Of a DNA stretch of 64,000 nt, positions 21,163 to 32,248 are shown piece by piece (position 1 is the first letter of the stretch; every line of letters starts with the position of its first letter). Under the pieces are notes generated by a model that did no database searches, had not been told where the DNA came from, and saw only the letters and a program-made list of their open reading frames with translations. This stretch comes from Bdellovibrionales bacterium. GTDB lineage: Bacteria > Bdellovibrionota > Bdellovibrionia > Bdellovibrionales > JAGQZY01. The stretch covers positions 10,595 through 74,594 of the forward strand of contig JANPLN010000036.1 of the NCBI GenBank assembly GCA_031426555.1, written 5' to 3'. The translations under genes were made by a program, and so were the position numbers.

Positions 21163-21825
21163 TTAGAGAGTTATTTTTTCGAAACCGTTTGGCGAAAGCC
21201 ATTCAAAACTCACTTTTCGTTTTTTATCCACGGTGTATTCCATCGTGATGGACGAGCGCTCACTGTTCACTTTCAGGTACCGCTTGCCTTCATTGCGTTG
21301 CAGTTCCAAAAATAAATCGGCTGTTTCGCAATTCATTTTTTCTGTGTCCATCCCTCGACATTGCCACGGCGGAGGCAGCGGGTAAGTTTCAGAAAATATC
21401 GCGATGATTTGATGTGGTGTGAGTTTTGTTTTTAACAACCTCTCAAGGGCTCGCGAACCATCGTTGGATCGATAGTCCTTCCCCTCAACAAGATTTACAA
21501 ACTGCGCCTCTTCGTTGCGCAAAATCAGTGTGCCCAGTGGAATATTTAACATTCCGAAGTTAACATCAATGCGGAACAGCTCCGGCTGCGAGGTGGCTAG
21601 GTAAAATCGAATGTGATCCGTTTTATTCTTTTTCTTATCTAGAACTTCGGCTCGCCCCGAAAAAAACTTTGTATTTTCTGGAATTACGACTTTAGGAACT
21701 GTGGCGCAAGCCGGAAGAAATAAAAGAGCAGCTAGCCATCTCGTGGGCCACTTACTGATTCGCAGGAAGCCGACGTTGTTTTTCGATCCGCTTTTCTGTT
21801 TGAATGCGTTGCTCGACGGTATCAA
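21163..21825 (-). CDS. Lipoprotein, possible LolB/LolA-fold (start uncertain)
   Basis: WLAALLFLPAC lipobox; beta-rich FRIDV...LG.L pattern; directly downstream of a TPR gene; nearest canonical in-frame start is TTG at 21825. Confidence 0.55.
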   Translation of the reverse strand: MIPSSNAFKQKSGSKNNVGFLRISKWPTRWLAALLFLPACATVPKVVIPENTKFFSGRAEVLDKKKNKTDHIRFYLATSQPELFRIDVNFGMLNIPLGTLILRNEEAQFVNLVEGKDYRSNDGSRALERLLKTKLTPHQIIAIFSETYPLPPPWQCRGMDTEKMNCETADLFLELQRNEGKRYLKVNSERSSITMEYTVDKKRKVSFEWLSPNGFEKITL

Positions 21826-23581
21826 TTTTAGCTCGTATTTTTTGCGCATTGCTTGCATCTTTTTCGTATTCCGCTGCACGGTTGTACATCTCCCGCGCTT
21901 TATGAGGCATTTCAACTCGGAAATATACATCTCCCAAGTGTTCAGCAATGATGCTCTCTTTGGCTTCGATTTGATATGCCTTCTCGAGAGTTCTCACGGC
22001 CTCATCAAGGCGGTTTTGCTTAAACAAAACCCATCCCAATGTGTCTAAGATAAAACCGTCATTCGGACGCAGAGACAAGGCTCGGCGTGCCAGTTTTTCG
22101 GCCACATCTAAATTCTTCGTTTTATCGGCGTACAAATAAGCGAGATAGTTAAGTCCTTCGACATGGTTTTTATCGATTTCGAGAAGGCGTTCCATTTTTA
22201 CCACTGTCTTATCCGATTGCCCCAGCTGGTCGTAAACTGAACCCAATTGATAAATAATCTGTGTATCGCCTGGAAATTTAGCGAACCCTTTTTCAAGGAG
22301 ATTTTTAGCATCATCGAATTGTTTTTGGTTTTCTAAAAACGATCCGTAGAGCGAAAATATCTTCGCATTGTCGTCTAAAAATTCAATGTGGCTTTCAAGA
22401 AGTGCAATCGCTGCATTGGGATTATCGAGAAGTTTATAAAGATAAGCCATGTGCATCACTGAATCTGCAAAATATTTGCTCGATTTCGGGATTTCTTTAA
22501 ATTGTTGAATGGCTGCCGGAAAATCTTTGATTTCTTCGTAAACCGCGCCCAAATAAAATCTCACGCGATCGGACTCAGGCGTTTGATGCAAAATATTTTC
22601 CAGAAGAGGAATGGCCTGTTTAAAGTCTTTTTTATCTACCAAAATAAACGCCATTTTCAATTGAGCATTTAAATTGCCTTGATCCAGCTCGTTGATCGTT
22701 TTTAGATGCTCAAACGCTTTGTCGTAATCTTCTTTGGTAAGGTAGGCCTGGACTAAACTTTCTGCGATGGATACTTCCGGTCCATGTTGTTTTTGATAGG
22801 ACTCATAAAGTGCAATGGCTTTGTCCATTTGGTTGCGTTTTTCATAAATCGAGCCAAGCTCAACAACACTTTGAACAAAGTCTTGCTCATAACGAAGCGA
22901 GGTTTTAAACGCTGTTTCGGCGTTGGCCATGGCGGCTGGCGTTTTTTTCATCAGGTAGGTTTTGCCCAAGTAGTACCAAACAATGTGCGACTTGTGGTTT
23001 TTACGGGCAAGAACTTCAAAGTATGTCGCCGCTTTGTCGATTTTGTTTTCGTCCAGGTAAGTGGCTCCGAGAAGGATCTGCGCTTCTTGATTTTTAGGAT
23101 CCAGAGCAAGAAGGTCCTCGTAACCCTTGCGCGCCTTATCATGAAACCCCAAAACGGAATTTAAGCTGGCTTGAAGAATTCGCGCCTCTGCGAAGTCCTT
23201 TTTGATTTTTATCGCCTCTTCGCAGTGTTCAAGGGCTTGTCCCACCATCCCGGCACGAACATACTCACTGGCGAGTCTAAAATGACTGCGAAACGAAGTC
23301 TTGTCGTGAACGATGCTTAATTTATAACTTTCGATCGCTTTTGCCCATTCACCTTGCATGCTGTACGATTCAGCAACTGTGAAATGATAGTCGGCATCAC
23401 TCTGATTTTGAACATTTTGCATCTCCTCATGTTTTGTGGGTGGAGACAGACTTTCTGGTGCATCGCCTTTAACATTGTAGGCTTCACTCTTAAACAAACC
23501 CGGAGACGAAACATCCCATGAGGCACATCCAGAGACCCCCAAAAACAGCAGTGTAATTCTTAGAACTTTATTTAGACGCAT
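21752..23581 (-). CDS. Tetratricopeptide-repeat lipoprotein
   Basis: LGVSGC lipobox, many TPR units, C-terminal LNYLAY...ILDTLGWV...IAEHLGDVY. Confidence 0.9.
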   Translation of the reverse strand: MRLNKVLRITLLFLGVSGCASWDVSSPGLFKSEAYNVKGDAPESLSPPTKHEEMQNVQNQSDADYHFTVAESYSMQGEWAKAIESYKLSIVHDKTSFRSHFRLASEYVRAGMVGQALEHCEEAIKIKKDFAEARILQASLNSVLGFHDKARKGYEDLLALDPKNQEAQILLGATYLDENKIDKAATYFEVLARKNHKSHIVWYYLGKTYLMKKTPAAMANAETAFKTSLRYEQDFVQSVVELGSIYEKRNQMDKAIALYESYQKQHGPEVSIAESLVQAYLTKEDYDKAFEHLKTINELDQGNLNAQLKMAFILVDKKDFKQAIPLLENILHQTPESDRVRFYLGAVYEEIKDFPAAIQQFKEIPKSSKYFADSVMHMAYLYKLLDNPNAAIALLESHIEFLDDNAKIFSLYGSFLENQKQFDDAKNLLEKGFAKFPGDTQIIYQLGSVYDQLGQSDKTVVKMERLLEIDKNHVEGLNYLAYLYADKTKNLDVAEKLARRALSLRPNDGFILDTLGWVLFKQNRLDEAVRTLEKAYQIEAKESIIAEHLGDVYFRVEMPHKAREMYNRAAEYEKDASNAQKIRAKIDTVEQRIQTEKRIEKQRRLPANQ

Positions 23582-23600
23582 TACGTCTCCTATGATGTTT

Positions 23601-23628
23601 TTATCGGAAGACGATGCTTGCAAATTGA
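23601..23628 (-). promoter_or_regulatory. Sigma28 (FliA)-like promoter of the TPR lipoprotein gene
   Basis: TCAA-N16-TCCGATAA. Confidence 0.55.
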
Positions 23629-23785
23629 GTGATTTTCTAAGATCTAAACTTAGGTACAGTCCTGTTTTTTACAGTAATTACAATAGTTTATGCCTCCTAT
23701 AAGTTTTGATGAAGAACTTTTATGGTTCCGTTTTAGGAGCTTAAATTTACGACAAATTGTTAGATTTGCTTGATTATTCGACTGC

Positions 23786-23814
23786 TTGACAACACATGGC
23801 GGCAGCTCTATGTT
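23786..23814 (+). promoter_or_regulatory. Sigma70-like promoter of the PhaR-like gene
   Basis: TTGACA-N17-TATGTT. Confidence 0.55.
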
Positions 23815-23866
23815 CGCGCTGTGCTATAGATTTTTAACTCGTTTTTAGTCGAGATGGGAGGACCCT

Positions 23867-24391
23867 TTGTTAAATACAACTCAGGATAAAAAAGTGAAGA
23901 TCATTAAAAGATATCAAAACCGTAAGCTTTATGACACTCAGCAAAGTTGCTATGTGACGCTGGACGATATCGCCAAAATGATCCGCTCTGATGAAGAAGT
24001 TATGGTTATTGATAACAAAACCAAAAACGACATCACCGCTGCAACATTGACGCAGATCATTTTTGAATCTGAAAAGAAGGCTTCTCAGTATGCTCCTCTT
24101 TTCACGCTTCGCGAAATCATCCAATACGCTAACGGCAGCATTTCTAGCTATCTTGCAAAACTTGGTGCGTTTCCTAAAGAGTACATCGTTAAAGCTGCTC
24201 AGCCTTCAACTTCGAAATCAACTCAACAAGAGTCTGTGATCGATAAAGCTGCTCAGTCTTATGACACTGTGAAACAATCTATCGAAAATAGAATTGCACA
24301 GGCAGCAACCCAAGAAAATACAACTGGCTACACAACTCTTCCAGTTCCTGAAGAAACGCCAAGCTTGCCAAATCCAAACAACAAGTTCTAA
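23867..24391 (+). CDS. PhaR-like (PHB accumulation regulator) DNA-binding domain protein
   Basis: IIKRYQNRKLYDTQQSCYVTLDDI...DIT..TLTQII; RBS GGAGG before TTG. Confidence 0.88.
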   Translation: MLNTTQDKKVKIIKRYQNRKLYDTQQSCYVTLDDIAKMIRSDEEVMVIDNKTKNDITAATLTQIIFESEKKASQYAPLFTLREIIQYANGSISSYLAKLGAFPKEYIVKAAQPSTSKSTQQESVIDKAAQSYDTVKQSIENRIAQAATQENTTGYTTLPVPEETPSLPNPNNKF

Positions 24392-24416
24392 TCAGCCTAA
24401 ACCCTGAGTTAGCTTC

Positions 24417-24446
24417 AAAAAACCCGCACCTTGCGGGTTTTTTTTT
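24417..24446. terminator. Bidirectional intrinsic terminator
   Basis: AAAAAACCCGCA-CCT-TGCGGGTTTTTTTTT between convergent genes. Confidence 0.85.
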
Positions 24447-24456
24447 AGGCTGTGCC

Positions 24457-25692
24457 TTAATAAGCGCGTTGAGTGACGAAGCTTTTTTTATTCGCGGCGA
24501 TTGTAACTTCACCTTCCCAAACAATTTGCGATGAATTGTACGCTTGAACTTTCACTTGGTGCTTACCTGGGGCCAAATACATTCTGGCCACTTGAAAGCT
24601 TGAAGGCAAAGTGGACCACTGTCTGAGATCTGCTGTGTCCATGGCGTCAAAAACAAAGGTCGCAAGGGCCGCAACTTGTAACGCCGAATTGTCGTTTCGG
24701 CGCGCGGACTCACGAACTGCGATGCGGCTGGCTTGGCGGGCCAGAGCTCGAGCCACAAGTTTTCCAAAAATCGCTTCCATTGTTTGAATCGAGACTAAAT
24801 CCAAATCATAAACTTTTTCGGAGTGTGCCGTTTGGCCAGCGATAGTTACGTCGACAGAGCCCACGGATTTTGGCACCGGCACCATCATTGGGAAAGTTCT
24901 ATTATCAGGCCGAGTCTGTTTACGCGCAATCCACCCCTGCTGGAAAATAAAGACAAACTCGCCTTTGCCTTTAATATTTTTGGCATCCAAATTTTGTGCG
25001 ATCTGTGGCCATTTCTTTTGGAATTTATTAAAATCTGTTTCGCGTCCCGAGCGCTTTGCTGATTGCAAAACATCTCGCTTAATCACGTCGACTTCGGGGG
25101 CCATTTCGTGGGCTTTGGCATACAAAACAAAAGCGTTGTCCCAATCTCCCTGCGCCTCCCAAAGAAGACCTGCAAGATAGGCCGCAAAGGAGGCCTGGCG
25201 TTTTTTGGTGTTTGAATCCATTTCGGTGGCTAATTTATTTAGTTTTTCGTTGAGTCGACGTGCCATAACCTGGGCGTTGTCGTAATCCCCAAGCATCAAG
25301 TAATTGAGAGCGCGATATACCGTGATGAGTACAAATTCAAAAATCTCGGCCTTATATTGAGTGAGACCTTCTTGAACCACCATGGCTCCGGTCTCGCGAG
25401 AAACGCTAGTGTAGTCATTGAGCTCCGCCGCTTTTTCGGCTTCAGCAAAGGCTTTGTTGCTCTCTTCGTAACGACCGGCCTGATGAAGTGCGGTGGCGTA
25501 CTCAAGCAAGTAGGCCAACTGATCCCCTTGAGCACTTTCGTATTTTTCTTTAAAAGCTTTGATAGCCTCGTCGTATTGGCCCGACTGCATAGAGTCTCGC
25601 GCACTAGAAACATAGTTCTGGTACGAAGCGCAGCCTAAAATACAAAAGGCGCTTAATAAAAGAAAGCGCCCTAAAACCTTATTTACGGTCAT
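24457..25692 (-). CDS. COG3014-like TPR lipoprotein
   Basis: ILGC lipobox, ALNYL and ADLRQWSTLP; follows lpoB as is typical for the family. Confidence 0.8.
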   Translation of the reverse strand: MTVNKVLGRFLLLSAFCILGCASYQNYVSSARDSMQSGQYDEAIKAFKEKYESAQGDQLAYLLEYATALHQAGRYEESNKAFAEAEKAAELNDYTSVSRETGAMVVQEGLTQYKAEIFEFVLITVYRALNYLMLGDYDNAQVMARRLNEKLNKLATEMDSNTKKRQASFAAYLAGLLWEAQGDWDNAFVLYAKAHEMAPEVDVIKRDVLQSAKRSGRETDFNKFQKKWPQIAQNLDAKNIKGKGEFVFIFQQGWIARKQTRPDNRTFPMMVPVPKSVGSVDVTIAGQTAHSEKVYDLDLVSIQTMEAIFGKLVARALARQASRIAVRESARRNDNSALQVAALATFVFDAMDTADLRQWSTLPSSFQVARMYLAPGKHQVKVQAYNSSQIVWEGEVTIAANKKSFVTQRAY

Positions 25693-25695
25693 CCA

Positions 25696-26292
25696 TTAAA
25701 TGCCAACGCGGCGTTTTTTGAATTTCTTGCGGATTTCTTTTTGGTCTGCCCACTCATGTTCGCTGGTCTTAAGATTCGTCAGCATCAATGTCAGTTTGTA
25801 ATAAACTGTCTTTTCTTTACCAACCTCTTTAACGATGGAATCCAAACGACCATTGATAATGTAGTCAGCTCCCGATTGGCCACCAGGACCCTTTTTAGTT
25901 TCACCAGATACCATGCCCGAATTTTGATATTCGTACTCGTCGGCGATGTCTTGGCGAGCTTCTTTATCAAGGAAGCGAACTTTGCCCGAAGACATAAGGT
26001 CGACCTTCACCATATCCATAATGTTTTGACCATCGATCACTTCGGCAGTTTTGTTTTGCAATTTGGTCACCATGACGAGTGGTGGACGTTTGGCTTCGCC
26101 GATGGTGCGGTTTTTCAATAAACTCGCAACAAGCTCATTCACAGCCTTCTGCATGTCGGTTTCCGACCATAAATCGTCGAGTAAATTTTCGTTGTTAACG
26201 TCGTCGTAGGAGCCTTTTGTAAATTGGCGTGTGCCGCAACCTTGAACAAACAGCATGCTTGAAACAAGTGCGATCACAAATAAAGATCTCAT
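25696..26292 (-). CDS. lpoB: Penicillin-binding protein activator LpoB-like lipoprotein
   Basis: VQGC lipobox, WSETDMQ, NKTAEVID, SGKVRF and GADY.I.G; RBS GGAGG. Confidence 0.85.
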   Translation of the reverse strand: MRSLFVIALVSSMLFVQGCGTRQFTKGSYDDVNNENLLDDLWSETDMQKAVNELVASLLKNRTIGEAKRPPLVMVTKLQNKTAEVIDGQNIMDMVKVDLMSSGKVRFLDKEARQDIADEYEYQNSGMVSGETKKGPGGQSGADYIINGRLDSIVKEVGKEKTVYYKLTLMLTNLKTSEHEWADQKEIRKKFKKRRVGI

Positions 26293-26443
26293 TGGAACCT
26301 CCATTGGTTTGACCTAAATTTATCAACTTATTTGGGAAATGCGAACTTATTTTACCGTCGACCCGACGAGTAGAGGCCAGAGTAGATAACAGCGTAGAGA
26401 GCGACTCAGTGGGATCCCTTCCACTCAGTCGTGTTATCCTGCA

Positions 26444-26499
26444 GTTAGTACTCTGCGGCTAGTATTCTGCGGTTAGTATTCTGCTGTTAGTATTCTTCG
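26444..26499. repeat. Four-copy 14-bp tandem repeat
   Basis: GTTAGTACTCTGCG GCTAGTATTCTGCG GTTAGTATTCTGCT GTTAGTATTCTTCG; last copy contains the stop codon of the 26487-27062 gene. Confidence 0.85.
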
Positions 26500-27062
26500 T
26501 CGCCTTCCATACTGTCGACGTCGATAACGGGATTGGATTTGATGAGCGGTTGCTCGGGTTCGATCTTTTGAACCTTTGTCACCTCCAGCTTATCATTGAG
26601 CTCTACAGAATAGCCCATGGAAAGTGCCTTCTTTTTATACTCTTCGGCAAATTGCTTTTTTTGCATGGCATTCATTTGTGCGGTTTTCTGTTCGTTTAAA
26701 AGTCTTTGGTTAATCTTGTTTTCAAGACTTTCAACGGCCATACCTCTGAGGTCACTTTCGGCGATGTCTTTTGCAGCAGAACCAACCGACGCCTCTAAAC
26801 GTAAACCTTCTTCCGATGGGTTTGACGCTCCTACAGGCTGATAACCTTCGTTGATTTGCGGTGCTTGTTGATAGTTTTCTACGTGCACTTTTTCGCGCTG
26901 GAGTTTGGATTTTGTTTGCTCTTGTTTACGTATCTTGTCCACTTCGCCGTAGCGGACCGTTGAGGGCTCTTTGGGGTCGGGATTCCCGCCCATAAAAACT
27001 ACCACGGTTGCGATCAACAAAACCCCACCACCGACTATATAATTAAGCTTATTCTTTTCCAT
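26487..27062 (-). CDS. Hypothetical membrane-anchored protein
   Basis: N-terminal TM (YIVGGGVLLIATVVVF) followed by a hydrophilic helical body. Confidence 0.75.
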   Translation of the reverse strand: MEKNKLNYIVGGGVLLIATVVVFMGGNPDPKEPSTVRYGEVDKIRKQEQTKSKLQREKVHVENYQQAPQINEGYQPVGASNPSEEGLRLEASVGSAAKDIAESDLRGMAVESLENKINQRLLNEQKTAQMNAMQKKQFAEEYKKKALSMGYSVELNDKLEVTKVQKIEPEQPLIKSNPVIDVDSMEGDEEY

Positions 27063-27068
27063 CCCTGC

Positions 27069-28985
27069 TTATCGGTTGGTGTTTTCATCTTCTAAAGCAG
27101 GAAATAGGATCTCAAATTGAGTCCCGCGACCAACTTCGGAGTCCACCTTAATTTCACCACCGTGGCTTTTAACGATCCCATAGGAGATGCTCAGCCCCAG
27201 ACCTGTTCCCTGGCCCACGTCTTTGGTCGTGTAAAAGGGGTCAAAAATCTTATCAATGTCGGTCTTTTCGATTCCTACCCCGGTGTCGGCTATTTTGATG
27301 CTGACCATTTCGTCTGCCTGCAAATAGTTTACTTGAATAGAAACGGTACCTTCGCGGGTGAAGATCGCCTGAAAAGCATTCGAAATCACATTCATAAACA
27401 CTTGGCTGACCTGATTGGGGTTACCGACAACGAGAGGAATAAAGTCATCGTAGGTTTTCTGGATGGTGATCTTGTCATTTTTAATCGCCCCACGCAAAAG
27501 ATCCAGGGTGGAATCGATGCAATCTGTAACGCTGAATTTTTTCTGGTCCTTGTCGCTGGAACGCGAGAAGGTTCGCAGGCCCGTAACGATATCGCGCGTT
27601 CGCCGCGCCCCCTCTTCACAAGAGGCAATGAGCTTTGGAAGATCTTTGGCGATAAATTCGTAGTCGTACTTCTTTTTTACTTTTTCAAAATTATCATTTT
27701 TTTTACTTAATTCCTGAATCATACCAAGCAGTGAGTTTGTATACTCGCGCAAGTGCTGCATGTTGCTGTAAACAAATCCGATGGGATTATTAAGCTCGTG
27801 GGCTACGCCGGCCACAAGCTGTCCAAGACCCGCCAATTTCGCCGACTGAATCAGTTGCGTTTGCGTGGCCTGCACCTCTGTGTTGGCTTTTTCGAGATCT
27901 ATAATTTTTGCCTCTAAGTCGGAGCGATAGCCGTAAATCGTTTGCGACATTTCGTTAAAGCTTTCGGAAAGTAAGCCGATTTCTGTTTTGCTTTTGATTT
28001 CGACTTGTATGGGCTCACTGTACGTTTTCATCTTTTGTATCGCGTCTACCAGTCGCGCCAAGGGTTGAATAATTTGGTGAGTGAAGAAATAGCTAAAGAT
28101 AAGTAGACACAAAATTAAAAAACCAAAAGCCATGAGCAACAAATACATGACGCGCGAAAAGCTTTTTGTGAGAGCGTTTTTTGAGGCGCCGATAGCAATC
28201 AAAAAGCTTTGCTCTCCCCACTTCACAGCCGTGGAGATAAAACCAAAATTTTGTCCTTTTAATGAAATATCAAAAAAGTGGTTATTACCCCTTAAAAAAT
28301 CCTGTGAAAGCTGCTCGCGAGTGAATCTTTCTTCGGGCAGGCTGGTGACGAAGATGTCCCCTTTGGGCCCAAAAAATACAATGTCCATTCCCTGCTGATT
28401 CTTGAGGGTTTTGGTAATTTCGTCTTCGAGCACAATTGATTTTTCGAGATATCCTGTCCAATTGAGTTTTTCGTCTTTAATTTTTTTAATAACACTTAAC
28501 TGCAGATGCACTTTCGCATTGTTTGAAAAATAATAGGCGTGCGAGGTGGTGTCTGTTTCGATCAGTCGGTCCAATAACTTTTCGTCGAGTGTCGACGGCC
28601 CCACCGTAGCAAATTCCCGACTTCCAACTCTAAGAAGGAGAGTTCCATCCTCACTATAAACCGCAAAAGATGAGGGGACTTCCTCTTCGAGTCGTTTTTT
28701 AAGAGCCACTTCGAGTTCTTCGACGGAAGATGTTTTGAGAAGGTAAAGAATTCCATTATCTTCGGAAATCTCGTTGAGTCGGGCTCGTGAAAAGCTTTCG
28801 TACTCGTCGAAAAGGTCTTGGACCTGTTTGGTATAGACAATGAGTCTTTCGAAGATCTCATCTTGCACGGCGGTTTTAAATTGTTGTGCTAGCAGGATCA
28901 CCACGAGAACTAATGGCAAAAGCGAAAAAAGCACAATCCAACGGATGAAAAGTGTTCTTAAAGAAATATACTTTTTGTTATTCAC
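27069..28985 (-). CDS. Membrane sensor histidine kinase (periplasmic sensor, HAMP, NtrB-like HisKA/HATPase)
   Basis: Two TMs, HAMP EIGLLSESFNEM, H-box AGVAHELNNP, QVFMNVISNA, DTGVG and FYTTK..GQGTGLGL. Confidence 0.93.
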   Translation of the reverse strand: MNNKKYISLRTLFIRWIVLFSLLPLVLVVILLAQQFKTAVQDEIFERLIVYTKQVQDLFDEYESFSRARLNEISEDNGILYLLKTSSVEELEVALKKRLEEEVPSSFAVYSEDGTLLLRVGSREFATVGPSTLDEKLLDRLIETDTTSHAYYFSNNAKVHLQLSVIKKIKDEKLNWTGYLEKSIVLEDEITKTLKNQQGMDIVFFGPKGDIFVTSLPEERFTREQLSQDFLRGNNHFFDISLKGQNFGFISTAVKWGEQSFLIAIGASKNALTKSFSRVMYLLLMAFGFLILCLLIFSYFFTHQIIQPLARLVDAIQKMKTYSEPIQVEIKSKTEIGLLSESFNEMSQTIYGYRSDLEAKIIDLEKANTEVQATQTQLIQSAKLAGLGQLVAGVAHELNNPIGFVYSNMQHLREYTNSLLGMIQELSKKNDNFEKVKKKYDYEFIAKDLPKLIASCEEGARRTRDIVTGLRTFSRSSDKDQKKFSVTDCIDSTLDLLRGAIKNDKITIQKTYDDFIPLVVGNPNQVSQVFMNVISNAFQAIFTREGTVSIQVNYLQADEMVSIKIADTGVGIEKTDIDKIFDPFYTTKDVGQGTGLGLSISYGIVKSHGGEIKVDSEVGRGTQFEILFPALEDENTNR

Positions 28986-28989
28986 ATTT

Positions 28990-30093
<1,104 letters not shown>

Positions 30094-30157
30094 TACGTTA
30101 GGTTGCGGCCTTGCGCCTTGCGCGAAAAGTTGGCAGTGCCCCTCAGATGGGATGGCA

Positions 30158-31771
30158 CTACGAGAGTGATTTCAATTCGAACGCAATTGTTTTCTGCAAA
30201 AGCTCTATCTGCTCCTCGGGAGATTTGGGGGCAAACAAGGGAGCAATTAGAGGAGCCAATGAGCGACCATTATCTTGATGAAACAAAAAAAGCGGACTTC
30301 GACGGCAGTAAAAATCGACGAGATTTAAACACATCTCATTGTGAATACAAAACTGAGCCTCTGCCTGCCACATCCGTTCGAAGTCCTGTCCTGCTTTCAT
30401 CTGCTTCATCAGATTCAAAACGGTGATGGCTTCTTCGCCCCGTCGTTTGATTAAATATTCAACAACCTTCTGCGAAAATCCCGACTCCTCCGCAAGGCTC
30501 TCCACTTGAAAACGCAGTCGCTCCGATTTGGCAACGGTGGCTGCTGGATTTAAAGGCTGAGTAGTATCGGCATTTTTTAAGCTCATCCGCTCATCAAACG
30601 AGAAACTGCGCAAACAAACGTCCACAATCTCTTTAGCCATAGAGCGGTAGGTGGTATATTTGCCGCCAGCAACAAGAGTGAGATGGGGGGTTGGCGTAAA
30701 AATCTCATGCTCCCGGCTGGTTTTCCCTTCGCTGCCCGAACCATCCTGAACCAGGGGGCGCACACCGCTGTAACAAGAAATCACATGTGATTTTTTAAGA
30801 TGCAAACTTGGAAAGTAATCGTTGGTGGTTTTTAAAAGATAATCAACATCGTCGGCGCTCACCGAAACCTGTGCGGGATCATCTTTAAAATCAGTGTCGG
30901 TTGTGCCAACAATCACTACATCTTCTCGCGGGATCACAAACACGATTCGCTCTTGCACGGCCATGACGATCGCTTGATTCACTGGGATTTTTTCGCGTGG
31001 GAATAAAAGATGAATACCTTTGGTGGGTCGCAAAACCGGTTTCCACTGCGGATTGGTTTTCAATCCAAAAATATCGGTCCACGGACCAACGCAGCCTACG
31101 ACATGTCGCGCTTTAATGGAGTACTTTTTAGCTGTCAGATTGTCTGTCGCACGAACCAAATACCCATCAGAGCTTTGATCACAACCTTCGACGGTGACGT
31201 AGTTGGCAATTTGCGCCCCCTCGCGGTGGGCAGAGCGCAAAGTTTCGATAACCAAACGGTCGTCTTCCATGTAGGCGTCGGAATAAACCACCGAACCCGA
31301 CAAGCCTTCGTTTTTTAAAGTCGGCTCCCGAAGAAGCGTTGTTCGAGCCCGCAAAAACTCATGAACCTTTGGGGCCTCGAAGAACGAAAGCAGATCATAT
31401 AATATCATGCCCGCTTCCATTTTAAATAAACCTACGCGCGAGGACTTATACACAGGAATCAAAAAGCGCAGCGGATGCACCATGTGCGGTGCCATCTGTA
31501 AAAGATGGCGACGCTCCATCAAAGCCTCGTGCACAAGACCGAATTCGAAGTTTTCTAAATAACGGATTCCACCGTGAACTAATTTGCTGGAGCGCGAACT
31601 TGTTCCAAAAGCGAAGTCGTTGGCCTCAAGCAAAAGCACGCGAAGGCCGCGCATCGCCGCATCGCGCGCCACGCCCGCGCCATTAATGCCTCCACCAACA
31701 ATCAGCAAATCAAATTCGTCTTGCTGAGCACTTTCGAGAGCATCTTTCCTGGCGTGCGCGTTGAACATCAT
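30158..31771 (-). CDS. glpD: FAD-dependent glycerol-3-phosphate dehydrogenase
   Basis: GGGINGAG, GTSSRSSKLVHGGIRYLE, SGVRPL and GGKYTTYR. Confidence 0.95.
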   Translation of the reverse strand: MMFNAHARKDALESAQQDEFDLLIVGGGINGAGVARDAAMRGLRVLLLEANDFAFGTSSRSSKLVHGGIRYLENFEFGLVHEALMERRHLLQMAPHMVHPLRFLIPVYKSSRVGLFKMEAGMILYDLLSFFEAPKVHEFLRARTTLLREPTLKNEGLSGSVVYSDAYMEDDRLVIETLRSAHREGAQIANYVTVEGCDQSSDGYLVRATDNLTAKKYSIKARHVVGCVGPWTDIFGLKTNPQWKPVLRPTKGIHLLFPREKIPVNQAIVMAVQERIVFVIPREDVVIVGTTDTDFKDDPAQVSVSADDVDYLLKTTNDYFPSLHLKKSHVISCYSGVRPLVQDGSGSEGKTSREHEIFTPTPHLTLVAGGKYTTYRSMAKEIVDVCLRSFSFDERMSLKNADTTQPLNPAATVAKSERLRFQVESLAEESGFSQKVVEYLIKRRGEEAITVLNLMKQMKAGQDFERMWQAEAQFCIHNEMCLNLVDFYCRRSPLFLFHQDNGRSLAPLIAPLFAPKSPEEQIELLQKTIAFELKSLS

Positions 31772-31784
31772 TAATTCCCTGCTG

Positions 31785-32225
31785 CTATGAACCCAACTTA
31801 GTACTCGAGAAACTTCCCACTTCGATGGACGCGAGAATAGGAGCTACGTTTGTTTCTTTTATAAAATCCAATTGTGTATTGAAAAAAACTTTTTGTAAAT
31901 GTTTGTCGCGAGCCCAGCGGTAGGCGATATCGATCATTTCTTGCGCATCATCTGCACGCGACGCCGAAACATGTTCGATCCACAGGCTCTGCGTCCACCC
32001 TTCAAAAAACAACAGCGGCTGGCACAGAATATAAGCCACGAGCTCGCCTTTTTCTCGCTTACAAAATGACCACCCGAGAGGGAGATAGTGCTCCAGAGCT
32101 TCTCTGCGCCAGCGAGCATGCCACGAAGCCATCTCGCGATCAAAGTCTTCACCAACCAGTTTGGATTTTTCGAAAGTCAGGATCGATTCCAAATCTTGCG
32201 GCGCTAATATCTTTACTTCCGTCAT
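31785..32225 (-). CDS. Hypothetical protein, possible degenerate GNAT fold
   Basis: LVAYIL...LWIEHVS....IDIAYRWARDKHLQKV pattern resembles acyltransferase motif A. Confidence 0.55.
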   Translation of the reverse strand: MTEVKILAPQDLESILTFEKSKLVGEDFDREMASWHARWRREALEHYLPLGWSFCKREKGELVAYILCQPLLFFEGWTQSLWIEHVSASRADDAQEMIDIAYRWARDKHLQKVFFNTQLDFIKETNVAPILASIEVGSFSSTKLGS

Positions 32226-32248
32226 GGGCTGAAGATATCCTCTTGAAT

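Noticed and set aside
26444..26499. Possible mini-CRISPR array
   Set aside because: Units are contiguous 14-mers with no spacers, and there are no cas genes
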